Origin: Caldilineae bacterium
Lineage (GTDB): Bacteria > Chloroflexota > Anaerolineae > DTLA01
NCBI GenBank assembly: GCA_037446815.1
Contig: JBBIHX010000019.1
Coordinates: 1 to 32,514 of the forward strand
Reading direction: 5' to 3'
Length of the DNA: 32,514 bases
The notes beneath the pieces were generated by a model. That model searched no databases, was not told where the DNA came from, and saw only the letters and a program-made list of their open reading frames with translations. A program made the translations under genes and the position numbers. Within the stretch, counting starts at the first letter, position 1; the number at the start of each line of letters is the position of its first letter. Below are positions 19,142-27,280 of this stretch, piece by piece.

Positions 19142-19594
19142 TCAGTCTATGACCATGCGAGCCTTGGCGACCAGGTTCAGCGGCGGGATGATGCGCGTCC
19201 AACTGCGGAACTGCGCACGCACGATGACCTGAATCTGGTTGCCGGTTACGCACAGATACCGCTCGTACTCCGATGAGCCGCCCCACTGGTCGTAGCAATG
19301 GATCTCCACCTGCACATTGTCCGCGCCCAGGGTCGCCAGCATGGCGCGGGTGCGGAACTCAATGTTGTTGGGCGGCGCGTAATCAGCATCAGTCCAGCGC
19401 TTGGGCCACACGGTGCCATAGCGCGCACCTTCGCGGGCCGCGTTGGCCATGCTGGCCCAGGTGAAGAACAGCCGCGAAAAGTCAATCGTCCCGATAATGA
19501 CGAGCACGAGGATCATCACCACCATGGAGAATTCCACGGCGGCCTGCCCTCGTCGGCCCCTTCGCCACAGTTCTGCAGGTGTCTGTCGCATCAT
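19142..19594 (-). CDS. tadE: TadE-like minor pilin
   Basis: RRGQAAVEFS, hydrophobic helix, NAAREGARYG. Confidence 0.9.
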   Translation of the reverse strand: MMRQTPAELWRRGRRGQAAVEFSMVVMILVLVIIGTIDFSRLFFTWASMANAAREGARYGTVWPKRWTDADYAPPNNIEFRTRAMLATLGADNVQVEIHCYDQWGGSSEYERYLCVTGNQIQVIVRAQFRSWTRIIPPLNLVAKARMVID

Positions 19595-19610
19595 AAGCCC
19601 CCTCGCTGCC

Positions 19611-20048
19611 TCATGGGTTCACCAGGATCATCATCTCGGCGCGGCGCACGATGCGAATCGTGTTCAGCCCGATGGCGCGGCCAAAGGTGAGCGGTACGTC
19701 GTAGGTAACCGTAACGACGACGGGCGTGCCCGGCGCGATGCCCGACGAGACGGCCACATTCGCCCCGGTCAACTGCACGCCGGTGAAGTTCATCCCCGAA
19801 TCGTTGGCGAAATCCACCACGCGGGCGCGGATGGAATCATACCAGGTGGGATGATTCGCCCCGAACCGAGCGCCCACCCTCGCCGCGTTGGTCAGGACGA
19901 TAGACGCGTCCAGCACGCGCCCGATGTCAAAGACGGATGCCATGATGATCAGGATGATGGGCATGATCAGAGCTAATTCCACCAGGCTCTGCCCGCGTCG
20001 CCGCGGTCTGAATGGGTTGAGGAACAGCCGTTTTCCCATCGTCATCAC
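19611..20048 (-). CDS. tadE: TadE-like minor pilin
   Basis: RRGQSLVELALIMP, NAARVGARFG; start uncertain by a few codons. Confidence 0.9.
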   Translation of the reverse strand: MMTMGKRLFLNPFRPRRRGQSLVELALIMPIILIIMASVFDIGRVLDASIVLTNAARVGARFGANHPTWYDSIRARVVDFANDSGMNFTGVQLTGANVAVSSGIAPGTPVVVTVTYDVPLTFGRAIGLNTIRIVRRAEMMILVNP

Positions 20049-20123
20049 CTACCGTATTGCCTCGCGTGGTTGAGAGCACAGGGCGATGGCGAGCCACGCC
20101 CTTTCCACCGCCAGACTACCTGT

Positions 20124-20152
20124 ATTCTATGCCCCCAATCCGGACTTCACAA
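20124..20152 (-). promoter_or_regulatory. Putative sigma70 promoter for tadE-tadE-tadG
   Basis: TTGTGA (20152-20147), 17 bp, TAGAAT (20129-20124). Confidence 0.55.
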
Positions 20153-20168
20153 TAGGATTTAGGTACTG
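20153..20168. promoter_or_regulatory. Putative activator box abutting the tadE -35
   Basis: TAGGATTTAGGTACTG matches 20681-20696 at the same promoter-relative position. Confidence 0.55.
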
Positions 20169-20317
20169 ATTCGGTTCCAAAGTCTGTTGGCGGCTGTCGT
20201 TGCGAGGGCGCGGAGCGCCCGAAGCAATCCCTGGGGCGTGGGGTTGCTTCGCTTCGCTCGCAACGACACACGAGGAGAGTGCGCCCACGGTTCACCAACA
20301 CAAGATGAAACCGACTC
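20168..20317. mobile_element. 150-bp MITE with an internal REP hairpin
   Basis: TIRs GATTCGGTTCCA / TGAAACCGACTC (10/12 match); flanking direct repeat TAGGTACT at 20160-20167 and 20318-20325; two more copies in the window. Confidence 0.8.
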
Positions 20318-20391
20318 TAGGTACTGTACCGCGATGATGAGATGAAAACGGCTATCTATGAACGTGCGAATGATGAAGTTCGGGGATGAGA

Positions 20392-20420
20392 AGCAGGCTC
20401 CGCGTGGCACGGAGCCTGCT
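20392..20420 (-). terminator. Stem-loop downstream of flp
   Basis: Perfect 11-bp stem agcaggctccg/cggagcctgct with a 7-nt loop; weak pyrimidine tail. Confidence 0.6.
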
Positions 20421-20454
20421 CCCGGGTGCTCGGATTGGTGCTCCTGAGATGACG

Positions 20455-20601
20455 CTACAGGTTGGAGATGACGGTGCTGAACACGTTGCCGATGGCGGGG
20501 CCGAGCAGCAACAGCACGGCGATGACGACCACAGCAACCAGCACGAGGATCAATGCGTACTCAACCAATCCCTGCCCTTTTTCGCGGTTCAGATAGAACA
20601 T
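20455..20601 (-). CDS. flp: Flp family type IVb/c major pilin, 48 aa (not in the ORF track)
   Basis: MFYLNREKGQGLVEYALILVLVAVVVIAVLLLLGPAIGNVFSTVISNL; G|QGLVEY processing motif; SD GGGAGG. Confidence 0.95.
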   Translation of the reverse strand: MFYLNREKGQGLVEYALILVLVAVVVIAVLLLLGPAIGNVFSTVISNL

Positions 20602-20651
20602 GTCCTGACCTCCCTTCTAATGTAGATTGGCAGTTCCAATAATCTGCCCCA

Positions 20652-20680
20652 ATGATACTACACGTGCACGATGACTTCAA
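20652..20680 (-). promoter_or_regulatory. Putative sigma70 promoter for flp
   Basis: TTGAAG (20680-20675), 17 bp, TATCAT (20657-20652). Confidence 0.6.
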
Positions 20681-20696
20681 TAGGAATAGGGTACTA
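20681..20696. promoter_or_regulatory. Putative activator box abutting the flp -35
   Basis: Imperfect palindrome TAGGA-ATAGGG-TACTA. Confidence 0.55.
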
Positions 20697-20757
20697 TCCT
20701 TGCGCGCTTGCGCTTGTCAGACATGGCAACGAAAGTTTAAAAAAGCAGCGAAAACCC

Positions 20758-20786
20758 TTGACATCCGCGCAATCGTGCCGTAAAAT
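20758..20786 (+). promoter_or_regulatory. Near-consensus sigma70 promoter for the S8 protease
   Basis: TTGACA, 17 bp, TAAAAT, with an A-rich tract upstream. Confidence 0.8.
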
Positions 20787-21165
20787 ATAGAGTGCGAGCC
20801 GCAATTGAGGCGGCGACAGGCGGTGCGCATGTCAGCGCGCCATAGGCGGGCATTGTGTCCAAGGCGGGCAGACATCATCTCTCCGTGCAGTCTCCGTGGA
20901 TCTGTGCCGGAAGTGGGAATCCCGGCGCAATCATCATTGCATGTTCGTAGCACGGGGGCATGTTCCCTCCCGTGTGGCATAGCCGAGCGCAACGGTCGTC
21001 GTTGACCCTGTCCCGTGAGCGTCGCTTTCACCAAAACGGGGTTACACAGGAATATGTGAAAGGGGGTGATACGCGCGTCTAGATGGGGCCGACCCCTCAG
21101 CACCATCTGCATCTCAACGGCGTCAGCGGTTCTATCGGAAGTGTGAAGACGAAAGGAGAACGAAC

Positions 21166-24100
21166 ATGCACGGGAAGTATTGGAAAGCCCTCGGCGTGGT
21201 CATGGCGCTGAGCATGATCCTGGCGCTGGCCGCTCCGATGGCCATGGCGAGCGGGCCCGAGACCGCAACCACGGCTTCGCTGGCCAAAATCGCCCCCACC
21301 CTGCGCCCGGTTGCAAAAGCCGGCGGCGAGACACTGGTGGATGTCAACGTCTTCGTCGCGGCGGGCACCGATGTCAGCGCCTACATGGAGAAGGCCACCG
21401 TTCGCACCATCCTGGGCCTCACCTCCGTGGTCGGCCAGGTCAAGGCCAAGAACCTGCTGAAACTGGCGTCGGTTCAGGGCGTGTCGGCGGTGCTAGACCC
21501 CATGCCCTACGCGCCCCCGCAACCTGTGGACCCCGACCTGGCGACAAAGCAGGCCCAGGCTGTGGAGAAAATCCGCGAGCGGGTTGCGGCAGTCAAGGCC
21601 GCGGGGTACCCGGGCGCCTGGCAGCCAAAGCCCAATGAGGTCGGCGCGACAGGCTGGTGGGACGTGGCCGAGGGCCATAAGTCCGCAGCCGCTTGGGCCA
21701 AGGGATTCACCGGCGAGGGCGTCAAAGTCGCCGTGATTGACTCCGGCATAGACTTCGCGCACCCCGACCTGCAGGGCACCTGGGCCGTCAACAACGACCC
21801 AACATCCCCGTACTACGGCTGGCCCATCGCCTTTGACGAGTACTCCATGCTCTACTACGCCTACTACTACGGGGCGTATGGCGGGCTGGGCCTCCGCTAC
21901 TTCAACACCTGGTACGCGGACACCTCCTTCACCATCACCGAGGCCAACCCCACCTGGTCCCGCACGGGCTACACCTACGTAACCCCGGGCACCAGCAAGA
22001 GCGGCGTGTACCACATCGGCTGGTACCCCGACACGGCGCTGGAGGCGTGGTGGTATGGCGAGAAGGTGGCCGTCCTGGTAGCCGACGAACATGAGGCCGG
22101 CGTCTACGACACGGTCTACGTGGACCTGGACGACAACTACGACTTCTCGGACGAGAAGCCCGTAACCAAGGACGACCCCATCGCCTGGAAGGACAACTGG
22201 GATTCCGCGGCCGATGCCCCGGGCAGCGATGGCTACGCGGACATCTCCGGCGGCATGGTCTACTGGATCTCCGACGGCCTGAATCATCCCCCGGGATTTG
22301 ACTGGCTGTGGGCGCCGTATGTGCCCGAGTTCGCGCCTCCCGGCCCGGGCAAGGTTGTCGCCTTCATGCTCAACGACCCGCGCCTTGCGGGCGGCGATCA
22401 TGGCGTGCTGTGCGCGTCGGCGGTGGTCGGCCAGGGCGTGGTTGACGGCAATGCGCCCTCGTACAAGCCCGAAGGAGCCGGCGGCATGGTCCAGGGCGGC
22501 GGCAAGAACGCCAAACTCATCGCGGCGGGCAACTTCTACCGCGGCGGCTATGCCACCGACTACTACTACTTCGTGGCCCTCGGTCCCGATGGCGTGCCGG
22601 GCACCGGCGACGAGGCGGACATCGTGAGCATGTCCTACGGCGGCTCGGCCACCGACAACGACGGCTGGGACTTTGAGTCGCGGTTCCAGGCGTACCTGAA
22701 CAAGGCGGCCGCGCCCAAGTTGTCGTGGCTGGCTTCCACCGGCAACGGCGCCATGGGCTACGGCACCGTCGCTCCGCCCTCGGCCTTCACCGGCATGGGC
22801 ATCGGCGCCTCCACGCAGTACGGGTCTGGCACGGACTTTGACGTCATTGAGTCCACCGACCAGATTCTGTACGGCGATATCCAGTCCTGGTCCAACCGCG
22901 GACCCGGCGCCACCGGCAGCACGGGTGTCAGCGTCGCCGCCAACGGCGCGTGGGGCGCGGGCGACCTGGCCCTGAACGAGTGGGGCGACGGCTGGACCGC
23001 ATGGGAAATCTGGGGCGGCACGAGCCGTTCCTGCCCCATCGCGGCGGGCAACCTCGCGCTGGTCTACGACGCCTACAAGCAGGCCAACGGCGAGTTCCCG
23101 GACTATGAAGTTGCGCGCGAACTGTTCATGTCGGGCGCGACCGACGCGCACCATGACCCGTTCGTGCAGGGCGCGGGCGTGGTGAACGCGGACCGCGCCA
23201 CCGACGTGGCGGGCGGCCTCTACGGCCTGCGCGTGTCCCCGTCCTTCTGGCAGGCGGGCGACTACCGTGGCGAGGAGATTGAAGGCTTCGCCAACATCGT
23301 GCACCCGGGCACCTCGGCGACCAAGACCTTCACGCTCTACAACCACGGCACCACGGACATCACGGCGACCATCAGCGATGCCTACTTCAACAAGGTCGGC
23401 ACCGTAACGACCCAGTTCGCCGTGAACCAGATGGAGGAAAGCGCGCCCAACTTCCAGCGGCTGGCCGACTACCTGTACGACGCCACGCCGTTGGTGGCTC
23501 CCGGCGGCATGTACCACGATGCCGACCTCATGGTCGTCAAGGCGTGGTTGCCGCTGGAGGACTTCACGACGAGCAACGTGTTCACCGGCCCGTTGGCCTA
23601 CGACCAGCGGTTCCGCGTCCTCGCCTATGACTGGACGGACCTCAACGGCGATGGGCTGCTGTGGAACGACCTCAACGGCAACGGCGTGGTGAACGCGGGC
23701 GAGGACCAGGTCGGCGAGTATAACCGCTACAACTACGGCTACGACACCGGCCCGTCCTTCGGCATCACCGTGGGCCAGCCCGGCCAGCGGTTCCACGACG
23801 GCCTGTTCATCGGCGTCCAGCGCCGCAACACCGCAACGGTCAACCTGCAGACCCTGGTGCAGGTGGAAATCACATTCTTCAAGCGGATGGATTGGCCGTG
23901 GTTGACCATTGACACCGGCATGGCCGCGGGCGAACTGGTCGTGCCCGCCGGTGGCTCGGCGACCTTCACCGCGACCCTGGACGTGCCCGCGAATGCTCCG
24001 CTGGGCGCGTATGAGGGCGTGGTGCTGGTGTCCGACCCGGGCGCCGACACGTACGACGGCCATGTCTCGGCCATCCCGGTAACGGCAATGGTCGCGGCCG

Positions 24101-25779
24101 ATGGCGCCACGTTCCGCTTCGGCGGCGTGAGCCAGCCGATGCCATATGACAACGGCGTGGTCAATGGCTTCCAGGATTGGTCCTGGCGAGCCGAGTCCGG
24201 CGATTGGCGGTTCTTCTTCGCCGACATCCCGGATGAGGTCTTCGCCGACGGGACGTACCTCGTAGCCAAGACCAACTGGGGTTCGTTCCCGACGGACATT
24301 GACACGCTCATCTACGGGCCGGAGGAGGACGACTTCTCCGACATGGCGCCGGGCATCTTCGGGCCGTACACCCTGGGGTTCAAGGGCGGCAGCCCCAACA
24401 AGAACATCGGCGCCGGCATGTGGCTCTTTGACACGGCCACCGGCACCACCGAAGAGTGGGTTACCGCGCCCATCTCCAGCGGCCTGCACCTGTTCATGCT
24501 CCACAACGTGCTGTTCTCGGGCAAGACCATCAACGAGCCCTTCTATGGCCAGGTCGGCACGGCGAGCCTGAATCCCGCCATGGTGATCATTGACGGTCGC
24601 CAGTCAACCGGCGCGATTCCGGTTACCCTCACGTCCGATGTGGCCATTGACGCCATCGCGGCCAGCGCCTACGGCCTGGGCGGCGTGCAGCACTACGTGG
24701 TCCCGGCAGTGCAGGACGACCCGGATGATCCATCCACGGCAACCTACCAGTACCCGGTAACCATCAACCACGGCGGCCTGCTGGAGGCCAGCACCCGCGC
24801 GGCAGCCAGCGACGTGGACCTGTTCGTGCTGTACGATGCCAACGGCGATGGCACCTTTGACTTTGACCATGAGGTCATCGGCTCGTCCACCACGTCAACG
24901 GGCAACGAGTACGTCATGGTCAAGTTCCCGGCCGACGGCAACTACCTGGTCGCCGTCCACGGCTGGGGCGTCACGGAAGGCGATCCGGTGGAGATCACCA
25001 TCAACGCGGTCCAGGGCAACGACCTGGGCGTGCAGAACGTGGTCCGCAATCCGGATGGCTCGTTCACCTTTGACGTAACGTGGAACAAGGCGTTCACGCC
25101 GGGCATGTCGTACTGGGGTCTGGTGATGATCGGGCCTGCGCGCGCGCCGGGCATCTTCCAGTTGCCCGTGTTCGCCGCGTCGCCGCCCGAGCACACCACC
25201 GTCCTCGGCACGTCGGCAGACACGTACATTGACGGCTGGAACGCGAACGCCAACTTCGGCAGCGATACCCGCTTGAAACTCCGCCAGGGCGGCATCCGGG
25301 CCCCGCTGTTGAAGTTTGACGTGTCGGCCATCCCCGCAGACGCCAACATCGTGTCGGCGCAGTTGAGGATGTACTACTTCGGCTACGACTCCGGCCACCA
25401 CAATCTGACGGCTGAGCTGTACGCGCTCAAGCGGGATTGGGAGGAGGGCGCAGCCACCTGGTTGTACGCTTCGGCGGCCGACATGTGGGGCATGCCGGGC
25501 GCTGGCGACACGGCTAGCGACCGCGAGGCCACGCCGGCGGCAACCGCGCTCCTCACGCCTTCTGCAACAACCATGCAGGTCGCGTTCAACGTAACCGACC
25601 TGGTGCAGCAGTGGGTGAGCGGCGGCATGGCGAACGCCGGTGTGATCCTCAAGGGCGTGGGCAACGTCTCCACCGAGTACGTGTTCCGCTCCTCCAACCC
25701 GGCGATCCCTGCTCATGCGCAGTACGCGCCGGTGCTGGAAGTCGTGTACACGCTGGACTCGGAGATGCCCGTCCCGTGA
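21166..25779 (+). CDS. Large secreted S8 (pyrolysin-like) serine protease with PPC-like and C-terminal DNRLRE/CBM96-like domains
   Basis: Signal peptide; triad motifs VAVIDSGID, DHGVLCA and GGTSRSCP; STGNG oxyanion Asn; C-terminal ADTYID...LLKFDVSAIP...IVSAQLRMY; SD AAAGGAG. Confidence 0.9.
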   Translation: MHGKYWKALGVVMALSMILALAAPMAMASGPETATTASLAKIAPTLRPVAKAGGETLVDVNVFVAAGTDVSAYMEKATVRTILGLTSVVGQVKAKNLLKLASVQGVSAVLDPMPYAPPQPVDPDLATKQAQAVEKIRERVAAVKAAGYPGAWQPKPNEVGATGWWDVAEGHKSAAAWAKGFTGEGVKVAVIDSGIDFAHPDLQGTWAVNNDPTSPYYGWPIAFDEYSMLYYAYYYGAYGGLGLRYFNTWYADTSFTITEANPTWSRTGYTYVTPGTSKSGVYHIGWYPDTALEAWWYGEKVAVLVADEHEAGVYDTVYVDLDDNYDFSDEKPVTKDDPIAWKDNWDSAADAPGSDGYADISGGMVYWISDGLNHPPGFDWLWAPYVPEFAPPGPGKVVAFMLNDPRLAGGDHGVLCASAVVGQGVVDGNAPSYKPEGAGGMVQGGGKNAKLIAAGNFYRGGYATDYYYFVALGPDGVPGTGDEADIVSMSYGGSATDNDGWDFESRFQAYLNKAAAPKLSWLASTGNGAMGYGTVAPPSAFTGMGIGASTQYGSGTDFDVIESTDQILYGDIQSWSNRGPGATGSTGVSVAANGAWGAGDLALNEWGDGWTAWEIWGGTSRSCPIAAGNLALVYDAYKQANGEFPDYEVARELFMSGATDAHHDPFVQGAGVVNADRATDVAGGLYGLRVSPSFWQAGDYRGEEIEGFANIVHPGTSATKTFTLYNHGTTDITATISDAYFNKVGTVTTQFAVNQMEESAPNFQRLADYLYDATPLVAPGGMYHDADLMVVKAWLPLEDFTTSNVFTGPLAYDQRFRVLAYDWTDLNGDGLLWNDLNGNGVVNAGEDQVGEYNRYNYGYDTGPSFGITVGQPGQRFHDGLFIGVQRRNTATVNLQTLVQVEITFFKRMDWPWLTIDTGMAAGELVVPAGGSATFTATLDVPANAPLGAYEGVVLVSDPGADTYDGHVSAIPVTAMVAADGATFRFGGVSQPMPYDNGVVNGFQDWSWRAESGDWRFFFADIPDEVFADGTYLVAKTNWGSFPTDIDTLIYGPEEDDFSDMAPGIFGPYTLGFKGGSPNKNIGAGMWLFDTATGTTEEWVTAPISSGLHLFMLHNVLFSGKTINEPFYGQVGTASLNPAMVIIDGRQSTGAIPVTLTSDVAIDAIAASAYGLGGVQHYVVPAVQDDPDDPSTATYQYPVTINHGGLLEASTRAAASDVDLFVLYDANGDGTFDFDHEVIGSSTTSTGNEYVMVKFPADGNYLVAVHGWGVTEGDPVEITINAVQGNDLGVQNVVRNPDGSFTFDVTWNKAFTPGMSYWGLVMIGPARAPGIFQLPVFAASPPEHTTVLGTSADTYIDGWNANANFGSDTRLKLRQGGIRAPLLKFDVSAIPADANIVSAQLRMYYFGYDSGHHNLTAELYALKRDWEEGAATWLYASAADMWGMPGAGDTASDREATPAATALLTPSATTMQVAFNVTDLVQQWVSGGMANAGVILKGVGNVSTEYVFRSSNPAIPAHAQYAPVLEVVYTLDSEMPVP

Positions 25780-25811
25780 TGCGCTAGGCGCTCGCGGCTT
25801 CCCGCAACATC

Positions 25812-25845
25812 AAGAGAGCCAGCCGTTCATGCGGCTGGCTCTCTT
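25812..25845. terminator. Hairpin terminator between convergent genes
   Basis: Perfect 14-bp stem aagagagccagccg/cggctggctctctt followed by cattt. Confidence 0.75.
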
Positions 25846-25875
25846 CATTTGGCGCGACTTCTGCCCGTGGCGAGG

Positions 25876-26592
25876 CTACGGCTCGCACAACACCGCCCGG
25901 GTCAGGCTGGTGTGGTACGTGTACACCTTGCCCCCGGCGCTGAGTCGGATGAGGAAGCCCGGCGTGATGACCTGGGCGTACATCATCCCCGGCTGCGGGC
26001 ATCCCAGGCTGGCGTCGTTCCACATGCGCTTCTCCACGCCATCCACCCGCACGTCGGCCTCCGCGATGTTCAGGCGCGCGGCCAAATCCGCGATGGCCGC
26101 CTCCAGCGCCACCTCGCTGCCTTCAGGGAGCGCCGTGGGGGATGGCGCGGCCCCCTCGCCCGACAGCGGCGCCCTGCACAGCGCAACCCTCTTGCCGACG
26201 ACGCGGTATGTGTACGTCTCGCCGCCAACCCGCAGGACGATCTCCTTACCCAGGACGAGGCCGCCGGGCTGCGCCGTGCCTTTGGACAGGCCGACGAAGC
26301 ACGGATCGGCCGCCGGCATCTCCTCCGTCGTCATCCTCACCAGTTCCACCGCGTCGGCGGAAATGCCAAGCCGCGCCGTCAGGTCGTGCACGGCCTGCTC
26401 CAGCGGCTCGGTCATCTTCCGCGGCAGCGGCGTGGAAAACTCCAGACTCGGCATACCCCCTCCTTGGCCCGATGGCGTCGCCGTGCCGGCGGATGGCCCG
26501 CTCGGCGTCGCGGTCGTGCCGGGCCCCGCCGGCGCGCACGCGCTTGCAAGCAACAGCACCGCCACGCATATCCACACGGTGCGAATCCTCAT
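25876..26592 (-). CDS. Lipoprotein with two internally repeated Cys-paired domains
   Basis: SD GGAGGTGA, lipobox ASAC, repeat DL.ARL.I...V...C...G..I.L..GG..YTY...LC present twice. Confidence 0.75.
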   Translation of the reverse strand: MRIRTVWICVAVLLLASACAPAGPGTTATPSGPSAGTATPSGQGGGMPSLEFSTPLPRKMTEPLEQAVHDLTARLGISADAVELVRMTTEEMPAADPCFVGLSKGTAQPGGLVLGKEIVLRVGGETYTYRVVGKRVALCRAPLSGEGAAPSPTALPEGSEVALEAAIADLAARLNIAEADVRVDGVEKRMWNDASLGCPQPGMMYAQVITPGFLIRLSAGGKVYTYHTSLTRAVLCEP

Positions 26593-26694
26593 CGCATCAC
26601 CTCCAGGCACGAACTGGCCCACAAGCGCCCTCTGCGCTTGCAGGCGTCCGTCTGGTAGACGGCGCGCGCGCCCGTTGAGTTCCCGTGTGCGGCG

Positions 26695-26994
26695 TCAGGA
26701 TTGCAGGCGACGATGGGCCTCGGCCGCAGTTAGGCCCTCAACCCGGACCATCTTGGCCCTGGCCGTCCGGCCCGACAGGATCTCCACCTGCGAGGCGCGG
26801 ACGCCCAGGCGCTCGGCCAGGAACTTGATGAGCGCCTCATTTGCCGCGCCTTCCACGGGCGGGGCCGTCAACTTCACCCTCAGCACGCCCCCCGCGGCTC
26901 CGGCGATCTCGTCCCGCTTGGCGTGCGGCGTAACCCGCACGTGGAACGTGATGGCCCCCTCTCTCTCAATAATCAACAGGACGCTTGCACCCAT
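26695..26994 (-). CDS. yggU: DUF167/YggU family protein
   Basis: VRVTPHAKR, APPVEGAANEALIKFLA, GRTARAK. Confidence 0.92.
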   Translation of the reverse strand: MGASVLLIIEREGAITFHVRVTPHAKRDEIAGAAGGVLRVKLTAPPVEGAANEALIKFLAERLGVRASQVEILSGRTARAKMVRVEGLTAAEAHRRLQS

Positions 26995-26999
26995 TGCTG

Positions 27000-27260
27000 C
27001 TAACCTCGCGGAATGAACGAAAGCAGAATCATCTCTACGACCTGGAGCAACACCAGGGCCACGATGGGCGTGATGTCAATCATGCCGATGGGCGGGATGA
27101 CGCGGCGCAACGGGCCGAGAATCGGCTCCGTAATCTGATCCAGGAACGCCACGATGGGATGAAATGGGTTGACGTTGAACCAGGACAGGAGCACTCGCAA
27201 CAGGATGGCGACGCTCAGGACGTTGAACAGAATCTCAATGAAACTGCGGACCATGGACAT
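27000..27260 (-). CDS. yggT: YggT family membrane protein
   Basis: RVLLSWF, ITEPILGPLRRVIPPIGMIDITP. Confidence 0.93.
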   Translation of the reverse strand: MSMVRSFIEILFNVLSVAILLRVLLSWFNVNPFHPIVAFLDQITEPILGPLRRVIPPIGMIDITPIVALVLLQVVEMILLSFIPRG

Positions 27261-27280
27261 GGCTCTCTCCACCCAGTAGG

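Noticed and set aside
20116..20410. Small ORFs across the MITE and in the REP cluster (28857-29596)
   Set aside because: Translations of repeat DNA with no SD or coding signal.
20720..20760. c-di-GMP-I riboswitch-like GGCAA...GAAA near the flp/S8 intergenic region
   Set aside because: P1/P2 pairing and the GCAAA receptor context cannot be built; it is better explained as an A-rich UP element.
21493..24504. 1003-aa antisense ORF (also 928-3096, 5636-7975 and similar)
   Set aside because: Shadow ORFs opposite real genes, expected from high-GC codon bias, with no recognisable motifs.
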